This document shows positions 24,014 through 37,635 of a stretch of 64,000 nt of DNA, one piece after another (within the stretch, counting starts at the first letter, position 1; each line of letters opens with the position of its first letter). Location: positions 567,061 to 631,060 of the forward strand of contig ML996695.1 of assembly GCA_010356995.1 (NCBI GenBank). The letters are read 5' to 3'. Source of the stretch: Trichodelitschia bisporula (lineage: Eukaryota). The position numbers and the translations under genes were made by a program. The notes under the pieces were generated by a model. The model was not told the DNA's origin. It did no database searches and saw nothing but the letters and a program-made list of their open reading frames with translations.

Positions 24014-26847
24014 ATGGCAAACAGCAGCGGGACCTCGGGCAGTGGACCAGCCTCTCGATATGTAAGTCAACAGTCTGTCAGGTGTTGTCTGTTGGCTAAA
24101 CCCCTAGTTCGACTTTTCGCTCGACCCTGAGCAGTATCCGTGGACCGGGTCATCTCCTGGAGAAAGGGAAGAAGTAAGGCTAACAGCTCCACGGTTGAGT
24201 ACCAATCAGTCTTTCAGCAATCTGGCCCAAAGTTCCTATCAGGCTGGCACCGCATCCGGCCCCTTCCCTCTGCCTTCCACTCCTTCTGGACCCCGCGGAT
24301 ATGAGCAACCCATGGTCAGGTTCATCCAAGACTCAGGCCCATTTACCCCAATACTACGTTATCAGAATGATAGCAATTTCGTCAACTTACCATCTGCGCC
24401 CGTGACGTCCAGAAGTAATGCCCCACGGTCTGACTCCGGATATGCCACACAGCCTCCGCACACTCCTTCCAGTACCGTCATCGGGTTGGGTGAAGGATCC
24501 AAAGATTTGTCGGATGCCCGTAGACCATGGCCCCAGGGTTATTATACCTCTGGACAGGCTGCTCCCATGCTGGTGAATACTCACGGGGAAGCTGCATCCA
24601 AGACATCCATTTTTCAAGGCTACAAAAAGATCTACAGATGTGCCCGTGCTGATTGTGATAAACAATGCCGGTCTCATTCGGAACTAACGTAAGCCACCAC
24701 GCAAAACTGCAGGATATGGTACTAAATGGGCACTTAGGAAACACAATATGAAGCATGAAAAGCCTTTCAAATGTACCGAACTCGGATGTGCGCGAGATAC
24801 AGGCTTTACCTCCAACAACGATCTCGACAGACACAAAAAGTCTGTTCATAAGATCGAAATACCAGGATCTTCGAGTTACAGATGCGCCTCGCTCAAATGC
24901 CCCAAGTCGAACCACATATGGCCACGGTTAGACAACTTCAAGGCGCACATCAAGCGCCTTCATCCCGATGAGAATCCGGAAACACTTGCCTTAAGGTGAG
25001 AAAGTCTTGGGTTTCGATGCATGCGGAGTGCGCTCGACTAAGCAGAATCAGGTCTATCATAATGGTCCCGCGCTCTCGCCGCGGCGATGAAGCCCTCCTG
25101 CTTGGAATGGATGCCTCTAAGTACTCGATGCCAAGCTCTGGTGATGCCCGACTGTTAACCGAAGCCTCGGGTTGGAGTAGTATTCGGGGAGTGAAGAGAA
25201 AGAATGACGAACCGCATGAGGGTTCGCGCGAAAAGCGGGTCCAGATAGCTGAGGGCGCGGAAAAGCCGACGGACAGGTAAGCATCAACCATGAAAGAGTG
25301 TGCAGGTCCTGGTTCTGAAACTATGAATCAGCTCCTCTTCCCAAGATGTTTCACTTCTGGACGAGGCCTATGATATGGACTTACCAGAAGCTCCAGCCTC
25401 TTGTAACCCGAATGAGCTCCTGACGAACCAGACTTGGACCACCTCGTTGTCTCCCACATTGACCCGGCAGAATCTGCCTCCAACGGTTACGGAGACAGAT
25501 CTTACTACCTCGAATGTGGAGACTCAACAGGAAGACCCGAACGTCCCAGGTCGACTCCAAAGGTCAGCAGTTGCCGACGCATCGCATACAAACGCGGAGA
25601 CTTCAGTTGCGCCTTCTACTACCCTGACTGAAAGCGCAGAACCGAACGAGCGCCTTTCCGATGACACAGAGGATTCCATGGGCACAACCGAGGCAATGGA
25701 AGCACCAGCAACCTTGGCTCAAGCCATGGCAAACTTGATCAGCGAAAATCGGCTCACGAACCCGGAGCATCTCGTTCAACAAGTCGCACAGTTCATCCAG
25801 CGAAGTGGGTTAGCGAGAAACGTCGTCGACAACGGTAGCAACGCAGCGACTCCCCGGCCTTCCAATATGGTAGCGGAGCTGGACAGCACGCGGAGCTTGC
25901 CTAGAAATCGGGACTCGTCGGGTACGTTTAAATGCCGGGACTGTGGGAAATTTTCGAATCGAGCATGCGATATGAAGTCAGTCTGCAAGACGTGTTTCAT
26001 CTGCTTTCAATACTGACTGTACTTCAGGAAGCACGAGAAGCGGCATTCTAGACCTTACGGATGCACCTTCACCGGATGCATGAAGACGCTCGGGAGCAAG
26101 GTAAACTCCCCTCTATCATAAAAAGTCACTCACCCACGCCTGCAGAACGACTGGAAGCGGCACGAAAACATCCAACATTTCCCCTCCGAATTTTGGCGAT
26201 GTCAAGAACCCGGCAGCGTATTCGACCATTGTGCGCACGTGGAATATCAAGAGGATGCTTTCAAGAAACACCTTGAGGAAAGTCACGAACTCAGCGACAG
26301 TGCCCTGACCGACGTACTAGAACAATACCACGCACCGCGCAACCATCAGAGGCGCTTCTGGTGTGGCTTTTGCCGCAAGTTGTGCAAGCTCGATAAGTTT
26401 GGCGTGCCGGCGTGGGACGAACGCTTCAATCATATCGATACACACTTCAAGCAGGGCGAAAGTATTGGCAATTGGCTCGATCCGTACGAACGCGTTCTCA
26501 AGTCTCAGATGCTCGAAAGACAGCTTTTCGCGGCTCCAGTTGCGCCCGACGTCGCGGCCGCTAGGAGGGCGAGGGGGCGTGGCGAGCAACCCTCTCCTGA
26601 GGGGAGGGTGGCAACACCACGGGTAGGGAAAAAGAAGAAGAAGCCGGACGACATGGCGCCTAGGAGCCAATCTTGGTACTGCGTAAGTTTCGATTTGTCC
26701 CTTCTTGGGAGCTTGTGCTAATGAGCGTCCTAGTGCGGATGCAACGCCGGGCCGAGTCTGAAGCAGCTGAATACTCGATGTCTTGGTTGCGAACACATCA
26801 TGTGTGATCGATGCACGACGATGGCCGGTGCGCCGGGGGAGACTTGA
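24014..26847 (+). CDS. Multi-exon C2H2 zinc-finger protein (ZF-C), 826 aa. Exons 24014-24061, 24108-24688, 24738-24995, 25052-25276, 25332-25976, 26028-26100, 26146-26682, 26734-26847
   Basis: Seven GT-AG introns join in frame. Two finger clusters: CARADC..HNMKH / FKCTELGC..NDLDRHKKSVH / WPRLDNFKAHIKRLH, and FKCRDC..KKHEKRH / PYGCTFTGC..SKNDWKRHENIQH / FWCGFC..WDERFNHIDTH. Cys-rich C-terminus WYCCGC..C..C.H..C..C. Confidence 0.88.
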
Positions 26848-27399
26848 GCGAACTGATGCTGTGCTTTCAGGGCGGAGTTTTGCTATGAGGTGGTTGTCAA
26901 CTGGGCGTACCGGCTTCTAGGTTTCACTTGAGATATCCGATGCTTTCTTGTCACGTTTCTGATTGGGACCAAGCATTAGTCCCGTGGTGCAATGGTAGCA
27001 TATATGATTCCGGTCAACGAAGGATACTAGTCTCCAGGCTATTCGGTCACATCGGTTGGGGTTCAGTGCCATGTCTTTTTGACCTTTTCGACATTTTTTG
27101 CCTCGTAGCTCTGTGCCTGAGGGCGTTTGGTGGTTTGGGAGCGTTGAACTGTACTCTTATTTCCCTGGCCTGCTAACGATTCATGAATGACGCCGATCGG
27201 TACGCCCTCGGCTTGATGATGGGCTTGGGGGAGGCTGGTGGTGGAATCCGATCTGACAGAAGCGTTTTGAGACTTCCCATCATCATCATTCGTTCATGTT
27301 CAGAAGAGCTTTATTGATCTAGAATATGGTTAAACCTCAGTCTAACATCGACGCACCAAATAACTTCTCAACTCCGCACCATGACCTCTTGCCTCTGAA

Positions 27400-29415
27400 C
27401 TAAACTTCAACCTTCTCCTCACTCCCTTGAGTCGCCTCCGTTCTCATGGCGCCTTTCTTCTCCCTCCATTCGCGCAAACTCTCCGTACCCCCCAAGTCTC
27501 CCACCTTCTTCGCCAACCACGTATTCTCCCTCTGAAGCGTCTTCACCAGCTCCCTCAGCAATTCAACTTCGTCCTTCAATCCCCCAAGCTCCCGTTTAAC
27601 CTCATCCCGCTCCCTCTCCACTCTCAGCACCTCATCCTTCTCCACCGCCTTTCTCCTCTTCTCTTCAGCCCGCCTCTCCTCTCTCTCCCTCTTCTCCTCC
27701 AACCGCCTCAACTCCTTCGCATGTTTCTCTTCCCTCTTCCGAGTCTCTTTCTCCAGCCTAGCCTTCGCCCGCTCGGCATCCCGTTCGCTCTTCTTGGATG
27801 CCTCCGCCGCGCGCGTTTCGTGCCGCTGCCGCGTCTTCTCCATGGATTTGTCCAATGCCTGGCGCTTGGCCTCTAGCTTCGCAAGCTCTTTGTCAATTTT
27901 CCTGTTACTGGCCATTGTGCCTATCGTACCTGTCGTGCCTGTGGTGTTGTCGGAGTGTAGGCTGTCAGGACGGGATTTCAGGCTCAGGTTCAGGTCGGTA
28001 GACACAGGACTGAAGGGGTTCTGAGGGGTCTTGTCAACATGTGAAGGTTGAGTGTTGAACGATTTGAAGCTGGATGTTGAGGTGCTGTCAGAGGAGGAGA
28101 GGGACTCATTTTCGACAGATTGGCTCTCTGCAATGAGAGACGTGAGCCCGTTATGCACGAGATTGGGCGCATAGTTGTCGATGGCGAATTGGGCGGCATT
28201 GGCGAGATAATTGATGACTCCTGTTCGCGGAGGGAATAGTTCTTCGGCCGTTTTCTCCTGAGGAGTGACAAAATCTGAAGGTCCGTCATCCACATAAGAA
28301 CTTCGCCGACTGTCCAAGGCACTCTCCCGTTTCTCAAGGTAAGGCGACGGAGCGGCTTCCAAGTCTTCGTCCTCGGGGGGTATTTCTTCTAGGCTGCAGG
28401 CCCAGTTGAGAAACTTCCCCATACCATCTACGATGCTCGCCGGAGTGTTTCTCTCAACCATGAAGCGTGGGATACCACCTCCAGGATCGCTCCGGGTGAT
28501 CATGATCCACTGGACGGGGTTGGTCTCCGGATCGTCGTCCTCGGCATATTCGTACCGTCTCATACCCGCGAACTCGCTGTTGTTCTTCGAAGCTTTGGAG
28601 TTCGGTTTGTAAGGCGCAAGAGGTATCTCCCGAATCATCTCAACTGACTCATAGTAGCCCCGTACAAGGCCATCACGCGGTGGTGCACCAGGGTGTTCAG
28701 TTGGTATGGACACTGTCATGTAGTACCGTGCCGCAGGCTGGGGGTCATTCATCTCCCAGTCTTGAATCAGCAACAAGGTCAAGAACTCCCGTGGTGTGAC
28801 GGGGCCTGGGAATTGGGCAGACAGCTGGATCACTGCTCAGAATCAGTTCGGGAAATATCAAAACATAGAGCAGCCCTTACCTTCCAGCCTTCCAACTCCA
28901 TCCACAACCAAGCTCTCTAGCCTGTTATCGCAGCCCAAGCCCCGTACAGCTCCCTCTCCTGGTCCGCCCTTAACCTTTAAGCTCTCTGCATGCTCCCTCT
29001 CCATCGCCTTCTTCCACTTGGTGAACCCCATGCCTTCGTGCACACTCGTCCTGGCAAACCACGCTCCATGTCGGTCATGGCCTGCCATTTTATACATCGA
29101 AGCTCCGTAGTCTGTGTTCAGCCCAAGCTTAATAGGCTTTCCCCAGGCCTTCCGCATCGCCATGCAGTTCTCATCTGGCGGTGGTGGCCGGGCAGGAGAT
29201 GGTACCATGTCGGCAGCGCTAGCAGCACTGTTCACGCTGGTAAGAATACGGTGTGAGGAAGCGAAATCCATGCCCCCGGGCGGCGGAGGGACGGAGTCGA
29301 CAATGTTACGAGCATGGGAGAAGATGTCGCGAAGTAAGGTGTCGAGTGTGTCTATCGGAATTTCGGACCAGTCGCGCGGACGGAGAACCTGAAGGCTCTC
29401 GCGAAGGTCGGACAT
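27400..29415 (-). CDS. DUF3074 (START/SRPBCC-like) protein with C-terminal coiled coil, 655 aa. Exons 29415-28881, 28832-27400
   Basis: WFARTSVHEG, QLSAQFPGPVTPREF, VRGYYESVEMIREIP, NPVQWIMITRSDPGGGIPRFMVE; charged coiled-coil tail. Confidence 0.8.
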
Positions 29416-30472
29416 TGAGGTTGAGGTAAGCTTGCTTGTCTGTCGTGGTGGGGAAGGGGAGCTCTTGGAGGGCCAAACCAGGCTGTAAGTTGGAAGGAGC
29501 TCGATGGATGAGTTGCGTTCCCCTGAACAGCAGACAAATGGGGGTCGGATGGTTTGTCAGATCAGCAAGGAGTATAGATATGTTATGCAGGATCTGCCCG
29601 TGGTAACAGTGATGATGTATAAGGGAGGTTCGCTGTTCACAGGTAAAGGGCACGCGTTCCTTGATTGACGCTTGATGTCATTGGCTTTTTTTGGAAAACA
29701 AGTCGCGCCTTGGCAAATCATAGCAGATTTCTGGGACTCGCTCTTTCTCTTCTCTGCTTTATCTCTGCCCTCCTCTCCACTTCTATCCGCGGATCAGAAA
29801 GCTTAGCCTCACCCAGCCTACGGTAGAACTAGTACGCCTAGGCATACGGTGCTGATCACTCAGCAACGCTACGAGTACGCCTGCGTTACGCTGATGGCTG
29901 ACATCGTCAGCACGACCAACACAGCAACCACCTTCAGACCAGAACATCAGTGCTTTGGTACACCCCATTAATTCTCTTATGGCTACTCCGTAGAGCACCA
30001 GCGCTCTCAAGAGCCGCAATACTCTCCGTATTCCTCTATAGTGAATCCACGCGCGCCAATCACGGCATACCGCCTGCGATGCATCCTCGCGACAAAGATC
30101 CCCAAGCTGCGAACCCTAGGCCGAAGTTAAAGTCCGGCAGAGCAACCCTCAAGGTGCAACCGGTTTCGTACCGGCCACAGCCAACTCTCAAAGCCAAAAG
30201 GAAACTAGTTACAAGGCGAAAAGGAATGTGTCGGTTTCTACATGAGCATTTATCATAGGAAGCAATCGAAGATGGCTCAAGATTCGCAAACCGAGTAGTG
30301 TCGAATCGAGCCAAGTGTAGAAATGCTGCCACCGAAGTCGCTTGCGCGATATGAGACACTACCGGGCAAGAGGTGGACTGAACCCGCGAAAGCTCCAGAT
30401 GATGATCGCGCCAAAACGATGCTGCTGAATAACGAATGAGGTGATGGATACGTCCACGAGACTGTACATTTC

Positions 30473-31982
30473 TCAGAGAATCCGTGGCAAGTCCTCCGAG
30501 AACCGCGACCCGTGTGAATCGGTACTCGGAGGATTTCGTGCCAGCGCCCCTGCTGCGTTCGTACCAGGCCTGTGAGGCTGCGGCGCATTACGCTGAATAT
30601 GATACCGATGTTCCGGTGCAATCACGGGCACCGGTGGCGGAGGTCCGGGTTCGTAAGGCGAGGACTGAGGCCCACCACTGTGGAAAGTCGGAGTTCGCGC
30701 CGGGCCCGGTCGCACCGCCTCCTCATGAATTTCGTCAACATTCAGAGGAGGGCCCGACAAGCTAGGCTCAGTGCCTGCGCCCACGCCTACTGCAGGAGCA
30801 AAGAGAGGATGCGGCATCGGTCCACTTAAATGTCCACTCGCCGCAGCAGCAAAAAACGCTGCGCTGTCCCGGCCGTAGAAGGATGAAGATCCGGAAACCA
30901 CGCTTTGGTGGGTGTCGACCTCAGGCGTGCCCTTCTCGAAGTCTCTTGAGGTGGGACCCTCTTCCAACCCGGACGGGAACTGAGAAGGAAGCTTGCGACC
31001 ATGGATCTTCTGGAAGCTACGCTCACCTGCGCCTTGCGGAAGGGTCGGTGATGATGATCGGTTTTGGCGGCCGCCCGAAAGACGATTGATGAACCCGGCG
31101 GCGGCTGTAGGGAGGAAGCTTCGCCGCCGCGTAAACATGTCGGGAGTCGTGGACGTATTGCGGGGACGAAGTTCGGCCGAAGATCCGGTCTGGGATTCGT
31201 GATAGTCCAGTTCTCGAGTGTGGTGTCGCCACCAGCGCGATAAGATGACAACGACCAGGAGAATGACGGCCATGGCACCGACGCTGCCGACAACAGCGCC
31301 GGCGACGATGGGTGGGGAGGTTGTGTTCCCGCCAGACCCACTCGTTGCGTTCTTTCCGTGGCCAGTTGGTGCGCTTTCACTTCCGCCGCTTGTCCCACCG
31401 ATGAAAGGAGGCGGCAGCGCGGCGAAGCCTGTAGATGAAGGAAAGAGCGACGAGTCGTCACTTGTTGAAGATGAGCTGACTGAACTTGATGAAATGGTAG
31501 ATCTCAGGGACGAGATAGTCGAGCTCAACGTCGTAGAGTTGGAAACTGGGCGCGAGCTGAAGACCGTTGAAGCTGCAAATGGTTAGGAAGTTTATCACAA
31601 TTTTCACACGTGACCTACGGATTGTGGTGTTGCCAAAGCTGCTCGACAGCTGCGGCCCTGGAATGACGTTGAGATTAGAAGCGGTAGGTGAAAGAATGCT
31701 CGTTAACGTTGGCGAGCCACTGGCTATGAATGTGGATGATGATGTCGCTGATGGCAGGGTGGGTGCCGAAGAAGCGGGTGATGGGTTTATTACGGTGCTG
31801 GTTGCGATAGGTGTGCCGTTTTCGTCCACGTCGACGGCCACGACAACGGTCGTCGCTACGACCTCAACGCCATCCGAAACGAGAGTCTGACGACGATGTA
31901 AGCGGCGGTCTCCCCTCATCCATCTTCGCAACTGCGTCGGATCGTCAGAGAGCCGCTGACGCTTGACAGGATACGACTCCAT
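30473..31982 (-). CDS. Ser/Thr-rich single-pass membrane protein (cell-surface-sensor-like architecture), 487 aa. Exons 31982-31619, 31572-30473
   Basis: The GTAGGT..TGCAG intron joins two ORFs in frame; S/T-rich region, TM helix IVAGAVVGSVGAMAVILLVVVIL followed by basic RWWR. Confidence 0.75.
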
Positions 31983-34900
31983 GGTGGAGCCGACTCCTCG
32001 TGCTCCCCAAAAGTATATCCCAATCTCTTTCTCTCAAATACCGTTCGGTCTAGCTATGACTTCGAGTGTGCTTGCATGTGTTCCAGCGTCGGGCCGTTCT
32101 ACGACTGTACATTTGCGCAATGGATCAAATGGTAGCGAGAAGAGTAGCGAACGAGTAGCGTCGTAAATGAGCGGACGTCTTCACAGAAGCCAAGGATGAT
32201 CCAGTCGATGGATATGCGTATTGAAACGAGTGGACGCCAGAACACTTGGTCCGGCTGGTGAGAGATGCGACAAAGGTGCAATGCTGTGGGGATGATGAGC
32301 ACTTGAGGGAGGGAGAGTGACTGGGGAGGGGTTATTACGCTTTTAAGATCGCATCGACTTGAAGTCGAGGACGCCCACGCACCTTGGCAGATGAAAGCGA
32401 GTTAAAGGAAATTGAACGACAGGGACGAGTGCCAGACTTCTTTGGGGACCGCGGTGGATATCGGGACTGCGATGACGGTTGCGCCAGAGGTTGCACTTGG
32501 GTGCGCTGACCAAAGGACTGGAATCGGTCGTCGCACTCTTCCGAGAGGGCTGCGCACGCAACCTATGGACGACGTTGTGCCGGCTGCAGGATGCTGACTG
32601 GGAGTTGGCTCTGTGATTTGCTCCTTTCGCTCTCTTTCCCTTCCCCTCTTTCTGCGCGGGGGTGGGGAACGAGACGAGGCGCGCCGTTGGGTTATGCGCA
32701 GTTCGCAAACCCGGAGGGAGGGGTGGAGAAGAGACGGGGAAGAAAAAGCAGCGAAGCTTGTCCTCGTGGGTCTCTTTTGAGAATCAATTCAAAAAAGGAA
32801 TGGAAAGGGAAGATGAGGGATGGAGGGAAGGGATGGGGGAAAGAAAGGCGGCCGAGCGGGAACGGGACCCCAGTCGAAGATATCTAGGATGGCTTGGGTT
32901 GGAAAACTAGTTGGTCGGTAAGGAAGGTGTGAGAGTGAGAAAGAGTTGAAGAAAGACCAAGGAGACTCGGACGGGGGTATTGGGAGATATGGAGACAAGT
33001 CCATCGACTAGCGGAGTTTCTTTGTTAGTGTTATCCCTTTCTCATATTCTCATTGTCTGTTTCTCAATCTTCTCCGCTCTCCCTCTTTTCACCGATCAGC
33101 CTGCCTAACACCACGATGACCCCGTACTGTAGATGGAATACGAAGTACAACTTCTATCGCTCGCGCATCTCATGCAACAGGTGGAAGGCGGAGAGAAATG
33201 ACGGAAAGGAAACGCCAAGCTTCGTGAACCCGGCGCTAGTACCGTCTTGGGGGTTAATGGACTGGGGTCTACCCCAGTTTGCCGTCTAGTGCTCGTTTTA
33301 ATCTAGTGGACGCCCGCACGTCCGCGAATAGTAACGACGATGGCAACTTTGCGACGCAATCTCGCCCGGAGATTGAGAGATTGTCAACTTGCCAGCGAAA
33401 ACTCCACTCGGGCCTAAACGCTTGCTTTGACTTTGCAATTACCATGCTTCCCTTCCCGTCTCGTCTCGTGGAACCCATTCGAAGGATGGAAGATAAAGAT
33501 TGAGAAAGAAAAAAAGGCGCGCACGGACTGCTGCAAGGTTCGGGTATGTACATTGGGAGGGCCACTTGCGACCTCTAACGCACGTGAACGGAAGCGGAAG
33601 CTGTTCCACACCTGCAGGAACGGAGCGGTATCTGTCGAAAGCTGCAAGTAATTCTCCTTGGCCACCTCCCTGTGGAGATGACGAACACCAACGAGCAGAG
33701 ACCCTGCAACCCTACCTTACTGCACGACGAAGCCATCGTGGGCGTTTGGTGGATGTGCTGCTAGGAACGTAGATATCTGGCCGATGAGGCTTGTGGGCCA
33801 CTGTTTGGAGGCGTCGGGCGTTTTAGCTGAACGTTTGGCGCCCCCTTCTCTCGACGTTTAGAGATAAGCCCAGCGTTCATCCAGCCGTTTGCTCGCTTTC
33901 ATACATCGTCATGCACCTCTACGCGTACCATTGACTCGTACCGGCTACAGCATTGGATCCGGACTTTTGCCGCAGCTCATTGCAAGCCGCTCGGGTTTGC
34001 CGCTGCATAGTGGATCGGCTTGCATCAAAAAGGCCCTCTCAAACTGCGACGCTGGCCCAAAAACCTCAAATCAATCTATATACAACTGCTTACCACTTGG
34101 CCTCGGACCCGAGGACTGGATTATGATGTGCACCCTACCGCTCGTGAAACCCCAAAGCTGCGGCAGCTTCATGGTACGCCCGGTACCCGCCTCAAGGGAT
34201 ATTCCCCGTGACTGCACCATGCAAAAGGGCACACGGTCTGCAGCGCGGATGCCGTGCGACCTCTTCTGGTCACGACATATAGAATTGCCGGGCGACTGCC
34301 TCGCCCGATCTTCACATGAAGCGTTGCCATTCCGCTACTCTATCATCGTCTCTTGCATTTTCCCCGACCTCAAGCTTCGCATTGGCTTTTCGCCTAGCGT
34401 TCTGGAGCTGCCAGCGTTCAAGTCGATCTATCGAGCCTCTCGGGCCTGACTTAAGTTCCACGGGTATGAAGGAGTAAGCTTGGCAGCTGCGGGAGCTTCC
34501 TCTCTCAGTCAAGGGACAATGTCCCTGGAGCAACGGAAACCTTAAAGATTAGCTGACAGCTTGAAACTGACGTTCGGTAGGATATATCGGGCGAATTACG
34601 CCAACGAAGTAAAAAGTGGAGAAAGGCCAAGTAGAGTCGATAGGGGAAAGATGCAAGACATGCTTTCCTTGGTGGAAAAGGCATTGCTCGTGTGCGCACT
34701 TGCCGTCGTTGCTCAGACACCGTTACAGGTATATCGGTCGTGTATCAGCTCAGCATTGGGCCCAAGCTAAAGCTATGCTGTGCTTAATCGGTCACGGAGA
34801 CTGCAAGCAAGGTACTGTACAGTCGCTGTCAACATAGCGAATGTTCTGCGAGGTGTTATCCGTGAAGACGGGTCGCCTCACGGACCTCGTAGTTAGTTCT

Positions 34901-35271
34901 AGTCTCACCTGAACAGCAACGATAATAAGTAACTGAGGATGCCAAATTGCATGGCCACGCAGACGCTGGGTGCTGTTGAGTCTGCCAGGGACAGCTCCGT
35001 TAGATCAAAAGCGACCCACAAAAAGGGCATCAGATGCCAAGGCCCCCCACTCTTTCCCCTCTCTTCCCCCACTGCGCCCCATCGTTGCCCATCACGCCCA
35101 TCAACCGCTCACCAATTTGCTTCATTCATAAGGCACACCCCGAAGAGGCGCTGCCGTAGGGCTCACTTCGTATGTCGTCATCCCTCGCAAACTAGTGACA
35201 ACCCGACACGACGCCAATGTTTGGCCTCGGTTTCCCATGAATGTAGGAATACGACAACAACTCCTGCCCAG

Positions 35272-37530
35272 ATGCCGAGCGACGTCAACTCCGACTCCAC
35301 GAGTCCGGAATTGAGGGCCCGAGCCCCAGTCGGGCCTCCGCCACTGCCTCCGCGGACGTCTGTCGACTCGCTCGCACCTCCGCCATATGACAACCACAGC
35401 TATGGCCACAATCATCCTGCGGGGTCCGGGCCTTACTCAGCTTATGCAGCTGCGTCCCACGATCCGCGCTCGTCTTCGACGCAATCGCTAGTGCCTTCGC
35501 CGCATTCGGAGCGTCGTGGCCGACGGAGACTACTCCTGGTGTACATCCATGGGTTCATGGGCGACGAAACAAGCTTCAAGAGCTTTCCGGCACATGTCCA
35601 CAACATCGTGTCCATAACTCTTGCCGAAAGCCATGTTGTACACACTAAGATATATCCCAAGTATCGGTCGCGCCAGAACCTGCAAATCGTCAGTGAAGAT
35701 TTTAGCCGATGGTGAGCGTTCCGGTGTGGCGTCCACGACGTCCATATTAAAGTGAACGTCAGGTTTGCACCCCACGAATCACCGGATACCGACGTGATTC
35801 TTCTCGGACATTCTATGGGCGGCCTGTTAGCCGCTGAGATTGTCCTCTTACGTCCCTATGGCCAGACGACAGGCAGCGAGCTGCGCCACAGAATCATCGG
35901 CGTCATCAACTTCGACGTGCCTTTTCTTGGAATACATCCGGGTGTGATATCTAGCGGACTGGGAAGCTTGTTCAAGCCTGCACCTGAACCCCCAGGCCTC
36001 GACCCGCTGGCTCTGGGTGATTTGTCGTCCCCATCCATGACGACGCTGAGCAGCGCTGGCGAAAGTGTTTCTTCTCCTACGTCCTCAGTTGGTCGCCATG
36101 ATACCCTCTTCTCGCTCCCCTCAGATCCCAACTTCAACCCCCGCTTCTCGAATGATATCGCACTGCCAGTCCGAAAAGGTTGGCAGAGTGCCTTGCATTT
36201 CATGACCAAGCATTCGGACGGTCTACGCCAGGCTACTAAGAAGTACGTGCAATCGCACATCGAATTCGGGGGCGCCATGGCAGACTACCCCGGATTGAAG
36301 GCCCGATATCTTAAGATTCGAAAGCTGGAGGAGGAGGAAGCTGATTGGAGAAGAGGCGCCCTTGGCGATAATGATGTCCCCTCGCGGGTTCGCTTCCTGA
36401 ACTACTACACTGCATGCACTGGACGGCCGAAAAGGCCGAAACCCCCGGCACAGTCCGAGTTCGACTCTGGGGCGCACCAGCCGTCGGCACCGACGGTGGG
36501 TTTGGCGACTGAAGGCAACGTTGCTGCTACCTCATCTACGAGCCTCGTTGAGCCTACCTCGAAAAGTCCGAGAATATCGGTTGAAGAGTATAGAGACAAC
36601 GGCAGTATCGAGCCCAAAGAGCCAGAGGAAGAAGCAACAAGCCTCCGATCAGCGTCACCCAGGCCAATGGACGATGATGATTCGTCAGCCCCCGAACGTA
36701 TTGTGTCCAGGATACCCTCTGAAGATGGCATCCACAAGACATCTCCTCCCGATGTCGCCCCACAGCCATCACCACGGTATTCTCTCGTGCCCGAACCCTC
36801 CCTCTTACAAGATGTACAAATCACGCTTCCCACTCTCCCACCCATCCCTCCTGAGCCAACTCCACCCCCACCTCTCGACCTCTCGCCTTACCCAGACAAA
36901 GCCGCCCAAAAGATCGCTACCAAAGAACACGAACGGCTCGTCAAGGCCTGGAAACAAGCCCGCAAGGACCGGGAATCCGCAATCAAAGACAGGGCAAAAC
37001 TAGAGGAGAAGATGAAGAAAGCGGCTGCCAAGGAAAAGGCGCAAAAGGAAAAGGCGGAAGCGCTAGAGAAGACACGTGCCGAGGATAATGCGGCGAAGGT
37101 CAACGAACTGGCATCGAGTGCTGATGTCGCGCCTGTTTTGTCGCAGATGTCCGCCGGAGAGGCGGCTCGGGGAGAATCGGATCTGACGGCACCGGGGGAA
37201 CCAGGGAACAGTGGGCAGCAGGTGGGGCACGAAGAAACGCGTGCCAGGCCCGGGCTACCGTCTCCGCTTCCATCTTCACAAGGAGCAAGTCGGCCAGCTG
37301 ACCGCAAGCGAGATAAGAAGTTTTGCATGCTACCACCAAAGGACGCAGCGGGTAACCTCGATCAAACCTGGGTACGCGTGTTTATGGAAGGCGTGGATGA
37401 GGTCGGGGCGCACACTGGGCTCTTCTTCCTTAGTGACACTTATGAGCGGCTGGTTGGCGACGTGGCTGATAAGATCGAGGACTGGGTGATAGAGGATATG
37501 TCTCGGCGTTATATGGAAGAAATGGATTAA
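35272..37530 (+). CDS. Alpha/beta-hydrolase (DUF676-like putative serine esterase), 735 aa. Exons 35272-35711, 35763-37530
   Basis: LLVYIHGFMG oxyanion motif, GHSMGG nucleophile elbow, FDVPFLG, C-terminal DEVGAHTGLF. Confidence 0.85.
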
Positions 37531-37635
37531 GGATGGCGCAGTTGGACATGATCTCTTCAAATTATCTGATACCCCCGGGATTGGTGTTTCTAACGGACAT
37601 TCTGGATCCGGCCGATTGAGCAGAGATCTCGCAGG

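Noticed and set aside
32000..35200. Many short ORFs in long intergenic regions (also 16500-18400, 22200-24000, 43100-45700)
   Set aside because: No coherent exon chain or motif; most likely promoters and UTRs
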